Below are positions 46,851-56,593 of a stretch of 64,000 bases of DNA, in pieces. Within the stretch, counting starts at the first letter, position 1. Every line of letters starts with the position of its first letter. Source of the DNA: Paracoccaceae bacterium (GTDB lineage Bacteria > Pseudomonadota > Alphaproteobacteria > MPNO01 > UBA830); contig JBLIMV010000020.1 of NCBI GenBank assembly GCA_047638395.1, forward strand, positions 39,101 to 103,100. The letters are read 5' to 3'. A program made the position numbers and the translations under genes. The notes under the pieces are model-generated. The model was not told where the DNA came from, searched no databases, and saw only the letters and a list, made by a program, of their open reading frames with translations.

Positions 46851-47849
46851 CTATAACCAGTCGGGCGCCGGTAGGTTCTTCTCTTTGAGAAAAGCCGGAT
46901 TGAACAGTTTTGATTGATAGCGCTGGCCGCCGTCGCACAGCACCGTGACGATGGTGTGGCCGGGACCGAGCTCCTGCGCGAGCCGGATGGCACCCGCGAC
47001 GTTGATGCCGGATGATCCGCCAAGGCACAGGCCTTCGTCTTTCAGCAGGTCGAAGACAATTGGCAGAGCTTCTTCGTCCGCTATCTGGAACGGCAGGTCG
47101 ACCTTGGCCTGGGCCACATTTCCGGTGATCCTGCCCTGGCCGATACCTTCGGTGATGGAACTGCCCTCGCTCGCCAGTTCGCCGGTCTTGTAATAGCTGT
47201 ACATCGCGGCCCCCATCGGGTCGGCGAGGCCGATTTTTACATCCGCATTCTGTTCTTTCAGATATGTCGAAATTCCCGCCAGCGTGCCGCCGGTCCCCAT
47301 GGCGCAGATAAACCCGTCCACCTTGCCGTCGGTCTGTGCCCAGATTTCCGGGCCGGTCGACTGGTAGTGACCCTGCCAGTTGGCCGGGTTGTCCCACTGG
47401 TTCGCCCACAATGCGCCGCTGGGTTCCTTGGCCGCGTATTCGGCCGCCACGCGCTCCGACTGGCGGACATAGTTTTCGGGATCTTTGTACGGCTTCGCCG
47501 GGACCGGCATCAGTTCGGCGCCGCAGAGCCGCAGCATATCCATCTTTTCCTGGCTCTGGGTTTCGGGAATCACGATCACCGTACGGTACCCGCGGGCATT
47601 GGCGACAAGTGTGAGGCCGATGCCGGTATTGCCCGCCGTGCCTTCGACAATGACGCCGCCCGGCTGAAGCGTGCCCTGGCGCTCCGCATCGAGAATCATA
47701 TACAGCGCCGCGCGGTCCTTCACAGACCCGCCGGGGTTCAGGAATTCCGCCTTGCCGAGAATAGTGCAGCCGGTCAGCTCGGATGCTTTTTTCAGTTTGA
47801 TCAGCGGCGTGTTGCCGACGGAGTCTGAAAAGCCGTCACGGATATCCAT
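46851..47849 (-). CDS. cysK: Cysteine synthase / O-acetylserine sulfhydrylase family (PLP-dependent, CysK-like)
   Basis: PLP-lysine motif (GGSVKDRAAL) and glycine loop GTGGTLAG. Start at MDIRDGFSDSVGNTPLIKL, 44 codons into the track ORF. A paralog versus cystathionine beta-synthase cannot be excluded. Confidence 0.75.
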   Translation of the reverse strand: MDIRDGFSDSVGNTPLIKLKKASELTGCTILGKAEFLNPGGSVKDRAALYMILDAERQGTLQPGGVIVEGTAGNTGIGLTLVANARGYRTVIVIPETQSQEKMDMLRLCGAELMPVPAKPYKDPENYVRQSERVAAEYAAKEPSGALWANQWDNPANWQGHYQSTGPEIWAQTDGKVDGFICAMGTGGTLAGISTYLKEQNADVKIGLADPMGAAMYSYYKTGELASEGSSITEGIGQGRITGNVAQAKVDLPFQIADEEALPIVFDLLKDEGLCLGGSSGINVAGAIRLAQELGPGHTIVTVLCDGGQRYQSKLFNPAFLKEKNLPAPDWL

Positions 47850-47880
47850 GCCTGTACGTCCTTGGAAAATGTGTATGCGT

Positions 47881-48594
47881 TCAGCGTGCGTCGCCGATGC
47901 AGGGGTCGTCGGCAATGACCTCGGCCGGCGGTGGCTTGTCGCCCAGGTGGTCGAGCCGCGCCCGGAGCGTCTGAATTTCACCCATCATGCCTTCCAGCAC
48001 CTTGGCGACCGGATCAGATAAATCGCCATAGGGAATGCCATAAGCGGCGAATTCGTCATTTGCGCCCGAGCGATCCCGCGGCATCACCTGGCGGGCTGGG
48101 ATGCCGACCATGGTGACACCGGGCGGTACATCCGACAGCACGACGGCATTTGCGCCGATCAGCGCCTTTTCGCCCACCGTGATCGGGCCGAGAACCTGCG
48201 CACCGGACCCGACAACGACAAAGTCGCCGATGGTCGGGTGCCGCTTTTCCTGTTTCAGCGAAACGCCGCCAAGGGTGACGCCGTGATACAGCGTGACGTC
48301 GTTGCCGACCGTCGCCGTCTCACCGATCACCAGGCCCATACCGTGATCGATGAAGACCCGGCGACCGACTGTGGCGGCAGGGTGAATCTCGATCCCGGTC
48401 AGCATCCGCCCGAACTGAGAAACAAAGCGGGCGATAAATTTCAGGCCTGATTTCCATGCCATGTGCGCCACGCGGTGAAACAACAGCGCGTGAAAGCCCG
48501 GATAGCAGAAAAACACCTCGGCGCGGGAGCGCGCAGCCGGGTCTTTCTCCATGATGTTGCGGATGTCTTCACCAATCCGCCCGAAAACCGCCAT
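47881..48594 (-). CDS. cysE: Serine O-acetyltransferase
   Basis: N-terminal SATase domain plus hexapeptide-repeat left-handed beta-helix ([41 protein letters not shown]). Start at [11 protein letters not shown] after a gagg SD, 20 codons into the track ORF. Confidence 0.8.
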   Translation of the reverse strand: MAVFGRIGEDIRNIMEKDPAARSRAEVFFCYPGFHALLFHRVAHMAWKSGLKFIARFVSQFGRMLTGIEIHPAATVGRRVFIDHGMGLVIGETATVGNDVTLYHGVTLGGVSLKQEKRHPTIGDFVVVGSGAQVLGPITVGEKALIGANAVVLSDVPPGVTMVGIPARQVMPRDRSGANDEFAAYGIPYGDLSDPVAKVLEGMMGEIQTLRARLDHLGDKPPPAEVIADDPCIGDAR

Positions 48595-48759
48595 AAGACT
48601 GCCTCGTCCCAATTTATATACCCCGGACATGGCCCTTCGCGGGGAAAGGGTCAATGTGCAGATTTGGAAAAGATTTTTCCATTATTTGCCAAGCGGCGCG
48701 AAAAACGAGCGAATTACGAGACGGTTTCGGTAAAAACAGGAAAATATTGCGCGGCTGGC

Positions 48760-49236
48760 TTAGCGCAGGTGGTTCTCTTCGATGTCCCGGAGAAGGCCGC
48801 TGGAGGCGGCCTCAATCATGTCGAACACCCGTGCAAAGCCGTCGCCCGCGCCGTAATAAGGATCCGGCACGTCCGCGATACCGGTTTCGGGGGCGTAGTC
48901 CATGAACAGACGCAGGCGGTCGATATGGGCCGTGGGGCAGCTGGCGCGCAGGCTGTGCAAATGACTGGAATCCATTGCCATAATCAGATCGAACGCGGCG
49001 AAATCGTCGGCGCGGACGGCCCGTGCCCGCTGATCGCTGATATCGATGCCACGGGTGAGGGCCGTTTGCTGCGATCGGGCATCCGGGGCCTGGCCCTGAT
49101 GCCATGCGCCGGTTCCGGCAGAATCCGCGCTGATCCTGTTGTCGAGGTTGCGCGACCGCACGAGGTTGAGAAACACACCCTCAGCCGTAGGGGACCGGCA
49201 GATATTCCCGGAGCAGACGAACAGGATACGGAACAC
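48760..49236 (-). CDS. Low-molecular-weight protein-tyrosine phosphatase
   Basis: P-loop ILFVCSGNICRSP (CxGNxCRS) and DPYYG motif. 158 aa. Confidence 0.85.
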   Translation of the reverse strand: MFRILFVCSGNICRSPTAEGVFLNLVRSRNLDNRISADSAGTGAWHQGQAPDARSQQTALTRGIDISDQRARAVRADDFAAFDLIMAMDSSHLHSLRASCPTAHIDRLRLFMDYAPETGIADVPDPYYGAGDGFARVFDMIEAASSGLLRDIEENHLR

Positions 49237-49311
49237 GCATTGGCCTCTTGGTAATCAACGGTCGTATACTACACGTTTCCAGCCCCGAAAGTTCCAGCCG
49301 CCCGGCGTGTT

Positions 49312-49899
49312 ATGTCTGATTCGATTGAAACGCTTTTCCGCGATATCCGCGCCTGCACCCATTGTGCCGAACACCTGCCGATGGGGCCGCGCCCGGTGGT
49401 GCGGGGCACGGCGTCGGCGCGGGTATGCATCATCGGTCAGGCGCCCGGTGTGCGGGTCCACCGCAGCGGGGTCCCGTGGGATGACCCCAGCGGCAAGCGC
49501 CTGCGCGGCTGGCTCCAGGTCGATGACGAGACATTCTATAACGAGAACAATTTTGCCATTATTCCGGTCGGATTCTGCTATCCGGGCACGATGACAAACG
49601 GCGGCGATTTCCCCCCGCGTAAGGAATGCGCGCCGCTATGGCATGCGCCGGTGCTCGATGCGCTGAAAAACGTTGAGCTGACATTGCTGATCGGCAGCTA
49701 CGCTCAGGCCTACTACCTCGGCAAGACGCGCAAAAAGACAATGACCGAAACGGTCCGGTCGTGGCGTGAATATGGCCCCGACATTCTGCCGACGCCGCAT
49801 CCGAGCTGGCGGACGACGGGGTGGCAGAAAAAGAATCCATGGTTCGATGAAGAAATTCTGCCCGAATTGCGCCGCAAAGTGAAAGCGCTGATCACGTGA
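49312..49899 (+). CDS. Uracil-DNA glycosylase superfamily protein
   Basis: Motif A-like IIGQAPG and motif B-like TPHPSWRT (HPS). N-terminal Cys cluster CTHCAEHLP suggests a family 4/5-like Fe-S UDG, but the exact family is unassigned. Confidence 0.65.
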   Translation: MSDSIETLFRDIRACTHCAEHLPMGPRPVVRGTASARVCIIGQAPGVRVHRSGVPWDDPSGKRLRGWLQVDDETFYNENNFAIIPVGFCYPGTMTNGGDFPPRKECAPLWHAPVLDALKNVELTLLIGSYAQAYYLGKTRKKTMTETVRSWREYGPDILPTPHPSWRTTGWQKKNPWFDEEILPELRRKVKALIT

Positions 49900-50804
49900 G
49901 ATTGCCAGCGTTCTACACCGACCTGCCGGATGCCACCCGGGCAATCGTGCTGATGACATGCTCGGCGTTTTCCTATGCGCTGACCTTCGTCACCGTGCGG
50001 GAACTAACAGAGACTTTCTCGGTCTACCAGCTGGTCCTGTTCCGCGCCGCTATCGGGACAGCGGTGATGCTGCCTTGGCTCTGGCGCTCGGGTACTGGCG
50101 TGCTGCGGACAACGCGCTGGAAGCTATATGGCGTCCGTTCGCTCGCGGTATATTCCGGCAATCTCTGCTGGTTTTACGCCCTGGCCCATATCGCGCTTGC
50201 CGATGCGACCGCACTGTCGTTCCTGGCGCCCCTGTTTACAGCGTTGATCCTGGCGTTATGGGTGCGCGAGGATTTGAGCGGGCCACGTTTGACGGCGTTC
50301 TTTCTGGGGCTGGCCGGCGCATTCGTGATCATCCGCCCGGGTTTTGCCGAGGTTGGGACTGCGATGATCGCCATGCTCTATACGGCAGTTGTCTATGGCG
50401 GCGCGACGGCCGCGACCCGCGTGCTGGCCAAGACCGAAAACCCGAGTGCCGTCGTGTTTTACATGTTCGCAATCAATCTGCCGCTGGCGCTTGGTCCCGG
50501 CGTGTATCACTGGACGCCGCCCCTGCCATCGGCCTGGCTGCTGATCGGGGTGTTTGCCGTGCTCAGCCTGTATTCTCAGATTTTCATGACGCAGTCGCTG
50601 GCGCTCGCCGAGGCGGCCGTCGTGATGCCGACCTTCTATTTTCAGTTACCGCTGGCGGCCTTGTTCGGGTTCTTTCTGTTCGGGCAGGTGCCGGATATCT
50701 GGTTGGTTCCGGGCGCAATGCTGATTATCGGCGGGAGTTACTATTCGGTGTGGAGTGAAAGCAGGCGCCGCCGCGCAGTTGCCCGGGCAGAGGACGAGAG
50801 ATGA
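49896..50804 (+). CDS. EamA/DMT-family transporter, paralog 1 of 6
   Basis: 10-TM DMT protein with two EamA halves. The motifs RWKLYGVRS and IIRPGF are shared with the next gene, whose start it overlaps by 4 nt. Confidence 0.8.
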   Translation: MRLPAFYTDLPDATRAIVLMTCSAFSYALTFVTVRELTETFSVYQLVLFRAAIGTAVMLPWLWRSGTGVLRTTRWKLYGVRSLAVYSGNLCWFYALAHIALADATALSFLAPLFTALILALWVREDLSGPRLTAFFLGLAGAFVIIRPGFAEVGTAMIAMLYTAVVYGGATAATRVLAKTENPSAVVFYMFAINLPLALGPGVYHWTPPLPSAWLLIGVFAVLSLYSQIFMTQSLALAEAAVVMPTFYFQLPLAALFGFFLFGQVPDIWLVPGAMLIIGGSYYSVWSESRRRRAVARAEDER

Positions 50805-51682
50805 GCGGACAGGATCGACCACCCGCAGCCGGTGCGCTGGTCGGGTTGATGTGGATGACCGCCACAGCTGCCTGTTACGCGGCGAGCTACGTGGCGATGC
50901 GCCTGCTGTCGGATGACATCAGCATTTATGAACTCACATTCCTGCGCTCCGTCATTGCGTGTCTGTTTCTCGGGCCGTGGATTCTGGCGACCCGGCCGCG
51001 CGCGATCCGGGTGACGCGCTGGAAGCTCTACGGCATCCGGTCTGTGGCGACCTATGCGGCAATGATGTGTACGGTCTATGGCATCGTGCATGTGCAGATT
51101 GCCGATGTGACATCCTTGCTGCTGGCGTCACCGCTCTTCACGGTTCTGTTCGCCGCGGCTTTCCTGAAAGAGAAGGTCGGCTTTCATCGATGGATGGCCT
51201 TGCTCGCCGGAATCGCGGGCGCCCTTCTGATTATCCGGCCCGGTTTTACCGAGATCACCTTTGCCAGTTTCGCCGGATTGTTCGCCGCGTTTGGCTATGG
51301 CATCGCCAATGCGGGCACCAAGGCGCTGACCAGCACCGATCATCCCGACGCCGTGGCGTTCTGGATGTACGCGCTGATCATTCCGATCTCCGCGGTACCT
51401 GCCGCTATCCATTGGACGACGCCGGGCTGGAACCACATGCCGCTGATCGTTCTGCTCGGCCTGCTGACGATGCTGTCGCAATATTCCATGGCCCGCGCAT
51501 TCCGCGCGGCGGATACCAGCGTCGTGTTACCGGCCCATTATCTGCAGATGCCGTTTGCCGCGGGTCTCGCGTTTCTGATCCTGTCGCAGGTGCCGTCGAT
51601 CTGGGTATGGCCGGGGGCGGTGATCATCGCGGGTAGCGCCTATTACACCGTGATCAGGGAACGCCGGGCCGCCAACAGATAA
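50801..51682 (+). CDS. EamA/DMT-family transporter, paralog 2
   Basis: RVTRWKLYGIRS and LIIRPGFTE, clearly paralogous to 49896..50804. Confidence 0.8.
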   Translation: MSGQDRPPAAGALVGLMWMTATAACYAASYVAMRLLSDDISIYELTFLRSVIACLFLGPWILATRPRAIRVTRWKLYGIRSVATYAAMMCTVYGIVHVQIADVTSLLLASPLFTVLFAAAFLKEKVGFHRWMALLAGIAGALLIIRPGFTEITFASFAGLFAAFGYGIANAGTKALTSTDHPDAVAFWMYALIIPISAVPAAIHWTTPGWNHMPLIVLLGLLTMLSQYSMARAFRAADTSVVLPAHYLQMPFAAGLAFLILSQVPSIWVWPGAVIIAGSAYYTVIRERRAANR

Positions 51683-51725
51683 TTTTTGGGTTGCCAGAAT
51701 AACATTTAAGTAATAACTTAAATGA

Positions 51726-52070
51726 ATGAGCACGACAGCAATCACCCCCGATATTTTCCAGGCGGTCGCCGATCCCAATCGGCGCACGCTCCTCGATCTG
51801 TTGCTTGATGGCCCCCGGCCGGTGCAGGAACTCGGCGCGCATTTCGACATCTCGCTTGCCGCCATCTCCCAGCATCTGAAGGTCCTGCTCGAAGCGGGAC
51901 TTGTCTCCCGCGAAGCGCGCGGCAAGTACCGGTTCTACCACGCCGAACCGGCAGCGCTTCAGCAGGTGCATGACTGGACCGAGCAGTACCGGGAATTCTG
52001 GGAAGGCCGTCTCGATCGCCTTGGCAATTATCTTGATCAGCAAACACCCTCTGACACGGAGACCGAATAA
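51726..52070 (+). CDS. ArsR/SmtB-family HTH transcriptional regulator
   Basis: ADPNRRTLLDLLLDGPRPVQELGAHFDISLAAISQHLKVLLEAGLV is a winged-helix ArsR signature. The stop overlaps the start of the next gene. Confidence 0.8.
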   Translation: MSTTAITPDIFQAVADPNRRTLLDLLLDGPRPVQELGAHFDISLAAISQHLKVLLEAGLVSREARGKYRFYHAEPAALQQVHDWTEQYREFWEGRLDRLGNYLDQQTPSDTETE

Positions 52071-52474
52071 TGAAACTCGACCTCAACCTCGAACGCACTT
52101 TTCCCCATCCCGTCGACCGGGTCTGGGCGGCAATCTCCAGCGCCGACGCCATCGCACAATGGTTGTTTACCTGCGATTTCAAACCGCAGGTCGGCCACAA
52201 GTTCACCTTCCGGACGACCCCGCCCGAAGGATCGACCTGGCGCGGCTGGACCGATATCGAAGTTCTCGAATTCGACCCGCCGACGCGGATGGTCTGGGGC
52301 TGGGAAAGCGCCGAGATCGATGAGCCGACCCGGGTGATCTTCCAGCTGGAGCCGACACCGGAGGGCACACGGCTTAAACTTTCGCATGTAGGCGACAGCA
52401 CGGCAGACGACATTGCCAGCGTTTCCGGCGGCTGGCCCGGAAAACTCGATGCGCTTGTTGCGCATCTCGGATAA
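52070..52474 (+). CDS. SRPBCC-superfamily (AHSA1-like) protein
   Basis: 134 aa. The RTFPHPVDRVWAAISSADAIAQW start is typical of Aha1-like SRPBCC proteins commonly paired with ArsR regulators. Confidence 0.75.
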   Translation: MKLDLNLERTFPHPVDRVWAAISSADAIAQWLFTCDFKPQVGHKFTFRTTPPEGSTWRGWTDIEVLEFDPPTRMVWGWESAEIDEPTRVIFQLEPTPEGTRLKLSHVGDSTADDIASVSGGWPGKLDALVAHLG

Positions 52475-52489
52475 CTGAGGAGACAATCA

Positions 52490-53197
52490 ATGCAGACAGC
52501 CAATATTGTATCGCCCGAAGAATGGGTTGCTGCCTGCCGGGAGTTCCTGGTCAGGGAAAAAGCCTTCACCAAGGCGCGGGACGATCTCAGCACCGCAAGA
52601 CGCGAACTGCCCTGGGTTCGTGTCGAAAAAGACTATGTCTTTGGCGCATTGGGCGGTGAAAAATCGCTCGACGATCTGTTCGATGGCCGTGACCAGTTGA
52701 TGATCTATCACTTCATGCTCGGCCCCGGCTGGAAACAGGGCTGTCCCAGCTGTTCCTATCTGGCAGACCAGTTCAACCCCGCCGTCATCCATCTTGAGAA
52801 TCGCGACGTTTCCTTTGTCAGCGTGTCGCGGGCGCCGCTCGATGAGATAGAGGTTTTCCGCAAAAGGATGGGCTGGTCTTTTCCCTGGGTGTCGTCGTTC
52901 GATAGCGATTTTAACCGCGACTTCAACGTGACCTTTGGTCAGGCTGAAATCGATGCCGGCAAAACCTATTACAATTACAAGGTCACCCAGTTTCCCGAAC
53001 AGGAAGCTCCTGGGCTAAGCGTCTTCGCGAAGGGCGACGACGGCGCGATCTATCACACCTATTCAACCTACGCCCGCGGGCTCGATATCTTTATCACTGC
53101 CTATAACTTTCTCGACCATGCGCCGAAGGGCCGGGATGAGGGCGATCTGCCTTATTCGATGGCCTGGATTCGCCACCATGACCGCTACGGGGCATGA
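52490..53197 (+). CDS. DUF899 thioredoxin-like family protein
   Basis: CPSC motif within GPGWKQGCPSCSYLADQF and DUF899-typical length. Confidence 0.75.
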   Translation: MQTANIVSPEEWVAACREFLVREKAFTKARDDLSTARRELPWVRVEKDYVFGALGGEKSLDDLFDGRDQLMIYHFMLGPGWKQGCPSCSYLADQFNPAVIHLENRDVSFVSVSRAPLDEIEVFRKRMGWSFPWVSSFDSDFNRDFNVTFGQAEIDAGKTYYNYKVTQFPEQEAPGLSVFAKGDDGAIYHTYSTYARGLDIFITAYNFLDHAPKGRDEGDLPYSMAWIRHHDRYGA

Positions 53198-53315
53198 GGT
53201 CCGCATCATTTCTTTAAATTAAATTCCTGCAGGGTGTCGATCTTCCGACCCGTCATGCGTCATCATGATGAGAGCGCGGCTCTCGCTTGTTTTAACATGA
53301 CGAAGGATATCTAAA

Positions 53316-53654
53316 ATGCAGTATATCGCACTGATTTATAAAGATGAGGCCATCCCGGTGGATATGGAGCCGATGATGCAGGCCTATGGCGCCTTCAATC
53401 AGGAACTTGTCGCGGCAGGTCATTTCGTCGCTGGTGACGCGCTTCAGCCGGTGGCAACGTCGACCAGTGTGCGCGTCCGCGAAGGCAAGACCGAGGTGAC
53501 CGACGGCCCCTTTGCTGAAACCAAGGAACAGCTCGGCGGCTACTATCTGATGGAATGCGAGAATCTCGACCAGGCGGTCGAGTGGGCGGCCAAGATTCCG
53601 ACCGCCGAGACCGGCACCATCGAGGTTCGTCCAATTATGGCATATGATCTCTGA
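53316..53654 (+). CDS. YciI-like (DGPF domain) protein
   Basis: 112 aa. MQYIALIYKDEA... and the GPFAETKEQLGGYYLMECENLDQAVEWA region match the YciI family. Overlaps the next gene by 11 nt. Confidence 0.75.
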   Translation: MQYIALIYKDEAIPVDMEPMMQAYGAFNQELVAAGHFVAGDALQPVATSTSVRVREGKTEVTDGPFAETKEQLGGYYLMECENLDQAVEWAAKIPTAETGTIEVRPIMAYDL

Positions 53655-54900
53655 GCCGATCACGAAGCAGTCTGTTGATACGTATCTGGCCGGCGTCTTT
53701 CGGGAAGATGCCGGCCGGGTGCTCTCCGCGCTGATCGCACAGCTTCGGGATTTCGATCTTGCCGAAGAGGCACTGCAGGATGCTGTGACCGCCGGGTTAA
53801 CTGCGTGGCGCAGGGACGGAGTGCCAGAAAACGGGGCTGCTTGGTTGCTGACGGCCGCACGTCGCAAGGCCATTGACCGGCTCCGGCGTATTGCCGTCCG
53901 GGCGGCGCCGGAGAATGTTCAGGCAATCGTCGATGAGCTGGAGCAATCCGTTGCTGAACCGGAAGATGAACAGGATATTCCCGATGAACGCCTGCGGCTG
54001 ATCTTTACCTGTTGTAACCCGGCACTCAATCAGGCGGCCCAGGTCGCCTTGACGTTGCGCACCCTTTGCGGCCTGTCGACGCGGGAGATTGCGCGGGCGT
54101 TTCTGGTGCCGGAGCCGACGCTGGCCCAGCGGCTGGTCCGGGCGAAGGCTAAAATCAGCAAAGCCGGGATCCCATATAATGTGCCGGAGGCACGCCACCT
54201 GGCGGAACGACTGCAGGCGGTTCTGGCGACCGTCTATCTGATTTTTAATGAAGGATATGCGGCGACCGACGGGGACAGTCCCACGCGGGCGGATCTCTGC
54301 GAGGAAGCAATCCGCCTTGGCCGGTTACTGGTGGCGCTAACGCCCGAGGCAGAAGCGGGTGGGCTGCTGGCGTTGATGCTGTTGCATGATTCCCGGCGCT
54401 CGGCGCGTCATGACGCCGATGGTGGCATGATTGCCCTGGACGCACAGGATCGCCGCCAATGGGATAAAGTCCGTATCGAGGAAGGGACGCGACTGTTGCG
54501 CGCATCGCTCGGGCGGAACAGGCCCGGTCCTTATCAGGTGCAGGCTGCCATCAGCGCACTCCACGCCGAGGCTGATGATTTTGACTCAACAGATTGGTTG
54601 CAGATCGCGGGCCTCTACGCGGCGCTTGAACAGATATCTCCCTCGCCGGTCGTGACGCTGAACCGGGCAGTTGCTGTCTCGCATTACGGTTCGGTCGATG
54701 AGGCGCTCGTGCTACTGCAAACGATCGAGCTCGCGCTTGAAGGGTATCAGCCAATGCTGGCGGCGAAGGCGGATTTTCTGAGGCGGCTTGGCCGGGTTGT
54801 GGCGGCGCGGGCTGCCTATCGGGAGGCGCTGGCGCTCACCACAAATGCTGCAGAAAGAGGTTTTCTGGAGAAACAGCTCGATACGCTTGGATCGAATTAA
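53644..54900 (+). CDS. RNA polymerase sigma-70 family factor (ECF-like) with long C-terminal extension
   Basis: Sigma region 2 (DLAEEALQDAVTAGLTAWRR) and region 4 HTH (LRTLCGLSTREIARAFLVPEPTLAQRLVRAKAKI), plus an approx. 200-aa C-terminal domain. The YciI-sigma pairing is a conserved module. Confidence 0.8.
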   Translation: MISEPITKQSVDTYLAGVFREDAGRVLSALIAQLRDFDLAEEALQDAVTAGLTAWRRDGVPENGAAWLLTAARRKAIDRLRRIAVRAAPENVQAIVDELEQSVAEPEDEQDIPDERLRLIFTCCNPALNQAAQVALTLRTLCGLSTREIARAFLVPEPTLAQRLVRAKAKISKAGIPYNVPEARHLAERLQAVLATVYLIFNEGYAATDGDSPTRADLCEEAIRLGRLLVALTPEAEAGGLLALMLLHDSRRSARHDADGGMIALDAQDRRQWDKVRIEEGTRLLRASLGRNRPGPYQVQAAISALHAEADDFDSTDWLQIAGLYAALEQISPSPVVTLNRAVAVSHYGSVDEALVLLQTIELALEGYQPMLAAKADFLRRLGRVVAARAAYREALALTTNAAERGFLEKQLDTLGSN

Positions 54901-55298
54901 TCGTCCGCGTTCGCCTCAAGCCGTTCCATGTCGTCATCCGACAGGCCGAAATGATGGCCGATTTCATGAATCAAGACGTGGCGGACTAGGTGCGACAGGT
55001 CTTCCTCAGTCTCGCTCCAGTAATCGAGCAGCGGGCGGCGATACAGGAAGATCATGTCGACCACCGGTGCCGCGCCCGCATCCTTTTCGCCCACCGGCAC
55101 ACCGCTATAGAGTCCCATCAGGTCGAACGGGCTTTGCAGGCCCATCTCCATCACCGTTTCGGGATCCGGAAAATCGTCAACGCGAAACACAATCCCGGTC
55201 GTCAACGCACGGAAAGTGTCCGGCAGGGTTTCGAACGCTGTCCGCGCGATGGCCTCGAGGTCGTCAAGCGACGGGGCGGTGGTGAATTCTTTGCTCAT
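54897..55298 (-). CDS. Zincin-like small metallopeptidase family protein (HExxH)
   Basis: LIHEIGHHFGLSDDDMERLE is the HEIGHH motif of the small Zn-dependent protease family. Start at MSKEFTT, 12 codons inside the TTG-initiated track ORF. Confidence 0.65.
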   Translation of the reverse strand: MSKEFTTAPSLDDLEAIARTAFETLPDTFRALTTGIVFRVDDFPDPETVMEMGLQSPFDLMGLYSGVPVGEKDAGAAPVVDMIFLYRRPLLDYWSETEEDLSHLVRHVLIHEIGHHFGLSDDDMERLEANADD

Positions 55299-55372
55299 GG
55301 CGCCATGATTACCCGGCCTTGATCGCCCGGCCAAGGCGCATCACGTTAGGCTGGTGATAAACAGGAGGTTTC

Positions 55373-55684
55373 ATGGTCGATAAACTCACCGGTACAGCGC
55401 GTACCAAAGCGCTGGCACCTCTCAAAGGCTGGAAAAAAACCCGCGGGCGCGATGCGCTTTCCAAGGTCTATAAATTTGCTGACTTCAATGAAGCGTTCGG
55501 TTTTATGACGCGAGTGGCGATTAAGGCCGATCAGATGGATCACCATCCCGAATGGTCGAATGTCTATAACAACGTTTCCATCACCCTGACTACGCATGAT
55601 GCCGACGGTATATCGGAGCGCGATGTCGTGCTGGCAAAGTTCATCGACCGGATCGCCGGGCGGAAAGCCGTTACGGCGAAATAG
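55373..55684 (+). CDS. phhB: Pterin-4-alpha-carbinolamine dehydratase
   Basis: Sequence ...[38 protein letters not shown] matches the PCD/DCoH signature ([EQ]..HHP.[WI]). SD caggagg. Confidence 0.85.
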   Translation: MVDKLTGTARTKALAPLKGWKKTRGRDALSKVYKFADFNEAFGFMTRVAIKADQMDHHPEWSNVYNNVSITLTTHDADGISERDVVLAKFIDRIAGRKAVTAK

Positions 55685-55693
55685 ATACGGGGC

Positions 55694-56581
55694 TCAGGAC
55701 TTGCCGTGTTTTGCTTCGTGCCGGGTGATGTAGAGCGTCGCGGATACGATGATCCCGGCCCCGACCCAGGTCCATAAATCGGGTACCTCGGTAAAGATGA
55801 AATAGCCGGCAAGGGCCGCGAAGACGAGGCGGATGTATTCCATCGTGCCCATCAGGCTGGACTCTCCGACCGAAAACCCGCGGACGAAAAAATTCATGCC
55901 GATGGCCGTAAACGTCGCGATCAGGCAGAGCAGCACCCATTCCTGCGGTGTCGGGTCGACCCAGACATAGGCTGCCGGTCCGGCGAAGATGATGATACCG
56001 AATATGTGATACCAGAACAGGATCGTGCCCGGCGGATCGTCACGACCAAGAATGCGGATGATGATAAGGCCGGATGAAAACAGCAACGCGGTGACAAGCG
56101 CGATGCCCCAGGCGATATCCACTTCGCCGCCAAAGGGCCGCATCATCACAATCACGCCGGTAAACCCGATAAGCGTTGCGCACCAGCGGTGAACACCGAC
56201 GACCTCTTTCAGAATAAAGATCGCAAGGATCGTCAGGAACAGCGGTCGCGTGAAGGTCATAGCCGTCGCGTCGGCAAGCTGCAGATGGATAACCGTATAG
56301 AAAATGCCTGCCTGTCCGACTGTCGCCAGCAGGGCACGGAAAAAATGCAGCTTCAGGCGTTTGGTCTGCAGTTTCGCGCGACCGGTGCGGATAAACAGCG
56401 GGGCCAGCAGGACAAAGCCGACGCCATAGCGGAAGATCGACATCTGCGCCGGGTGGATCCGGTCACCGGTGAACTTGACCACGATATCCGTCAGCACGAA
56501 GAACGCCGTCCCCATGATCACGAACAGCGCGCCGCGAATATTCGGCGGCAGGGCGTGGAATTTTTCGATATATCCGCTCAT
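55694..56581 (-). CDS. EamA/DMT-family transporter, paralog 3
   Basis: 10-TM protein with MMRPFGG and EVPDLWTWVGAGIIV motifs shared with paralogs 4-6. Confidence 0.8.
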   Translation of the reverse strand: MSGYIEKFHALPPNIRGALFVIMGTAFFVLTDIVVKFTGDRIHPAQMSIFRYGVGFVLLAPLFIRTGRAKLQTKRLKLHFFRALLATVGQAGIFYTVIHLQLADATAMTFTRPLFLTILAIFILKEVVGVHRWCATLIGFTGVIVMMRPFGGEVDIAWGIALVTALLFSSGLIIIRILGRDDPPGTILFWYHIFGIIIFAGPAAYVWVDPTPQEWVLLCLIATFTAIGMNFFVRGFSVGESSLMGTMEYIRLVFAALAGYFIFTEVPDLWTWVGAGIIVSATLYITRHEAKHGKS

Positions 56582-56593
56582 GCGATCCGTTTT

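Noticed and set aside
45565-47409. 614-aa minus-strand ORF spanning the LAP and CysK genes
   Set aside because: It crosses two convergent, well-supported genes (M17 NTDAEGRL motif on plus, PLP-synthase on minus in another frame). Its composition is Arg/Gly/Pro-rich noise.
48760-49236. Possibility that the LMW-PTP-family gene is an ArsC-type arsenate reductase linked to ACR3
   Set aside because: The P-loop is CSGNICRSP, which matches true LMW phosphotyrosine phosphatases (CLGNICRSP) rather than the CTGNSCRS of thioredoxin-coupled ArsC. The gene is 22 kb from acr3.
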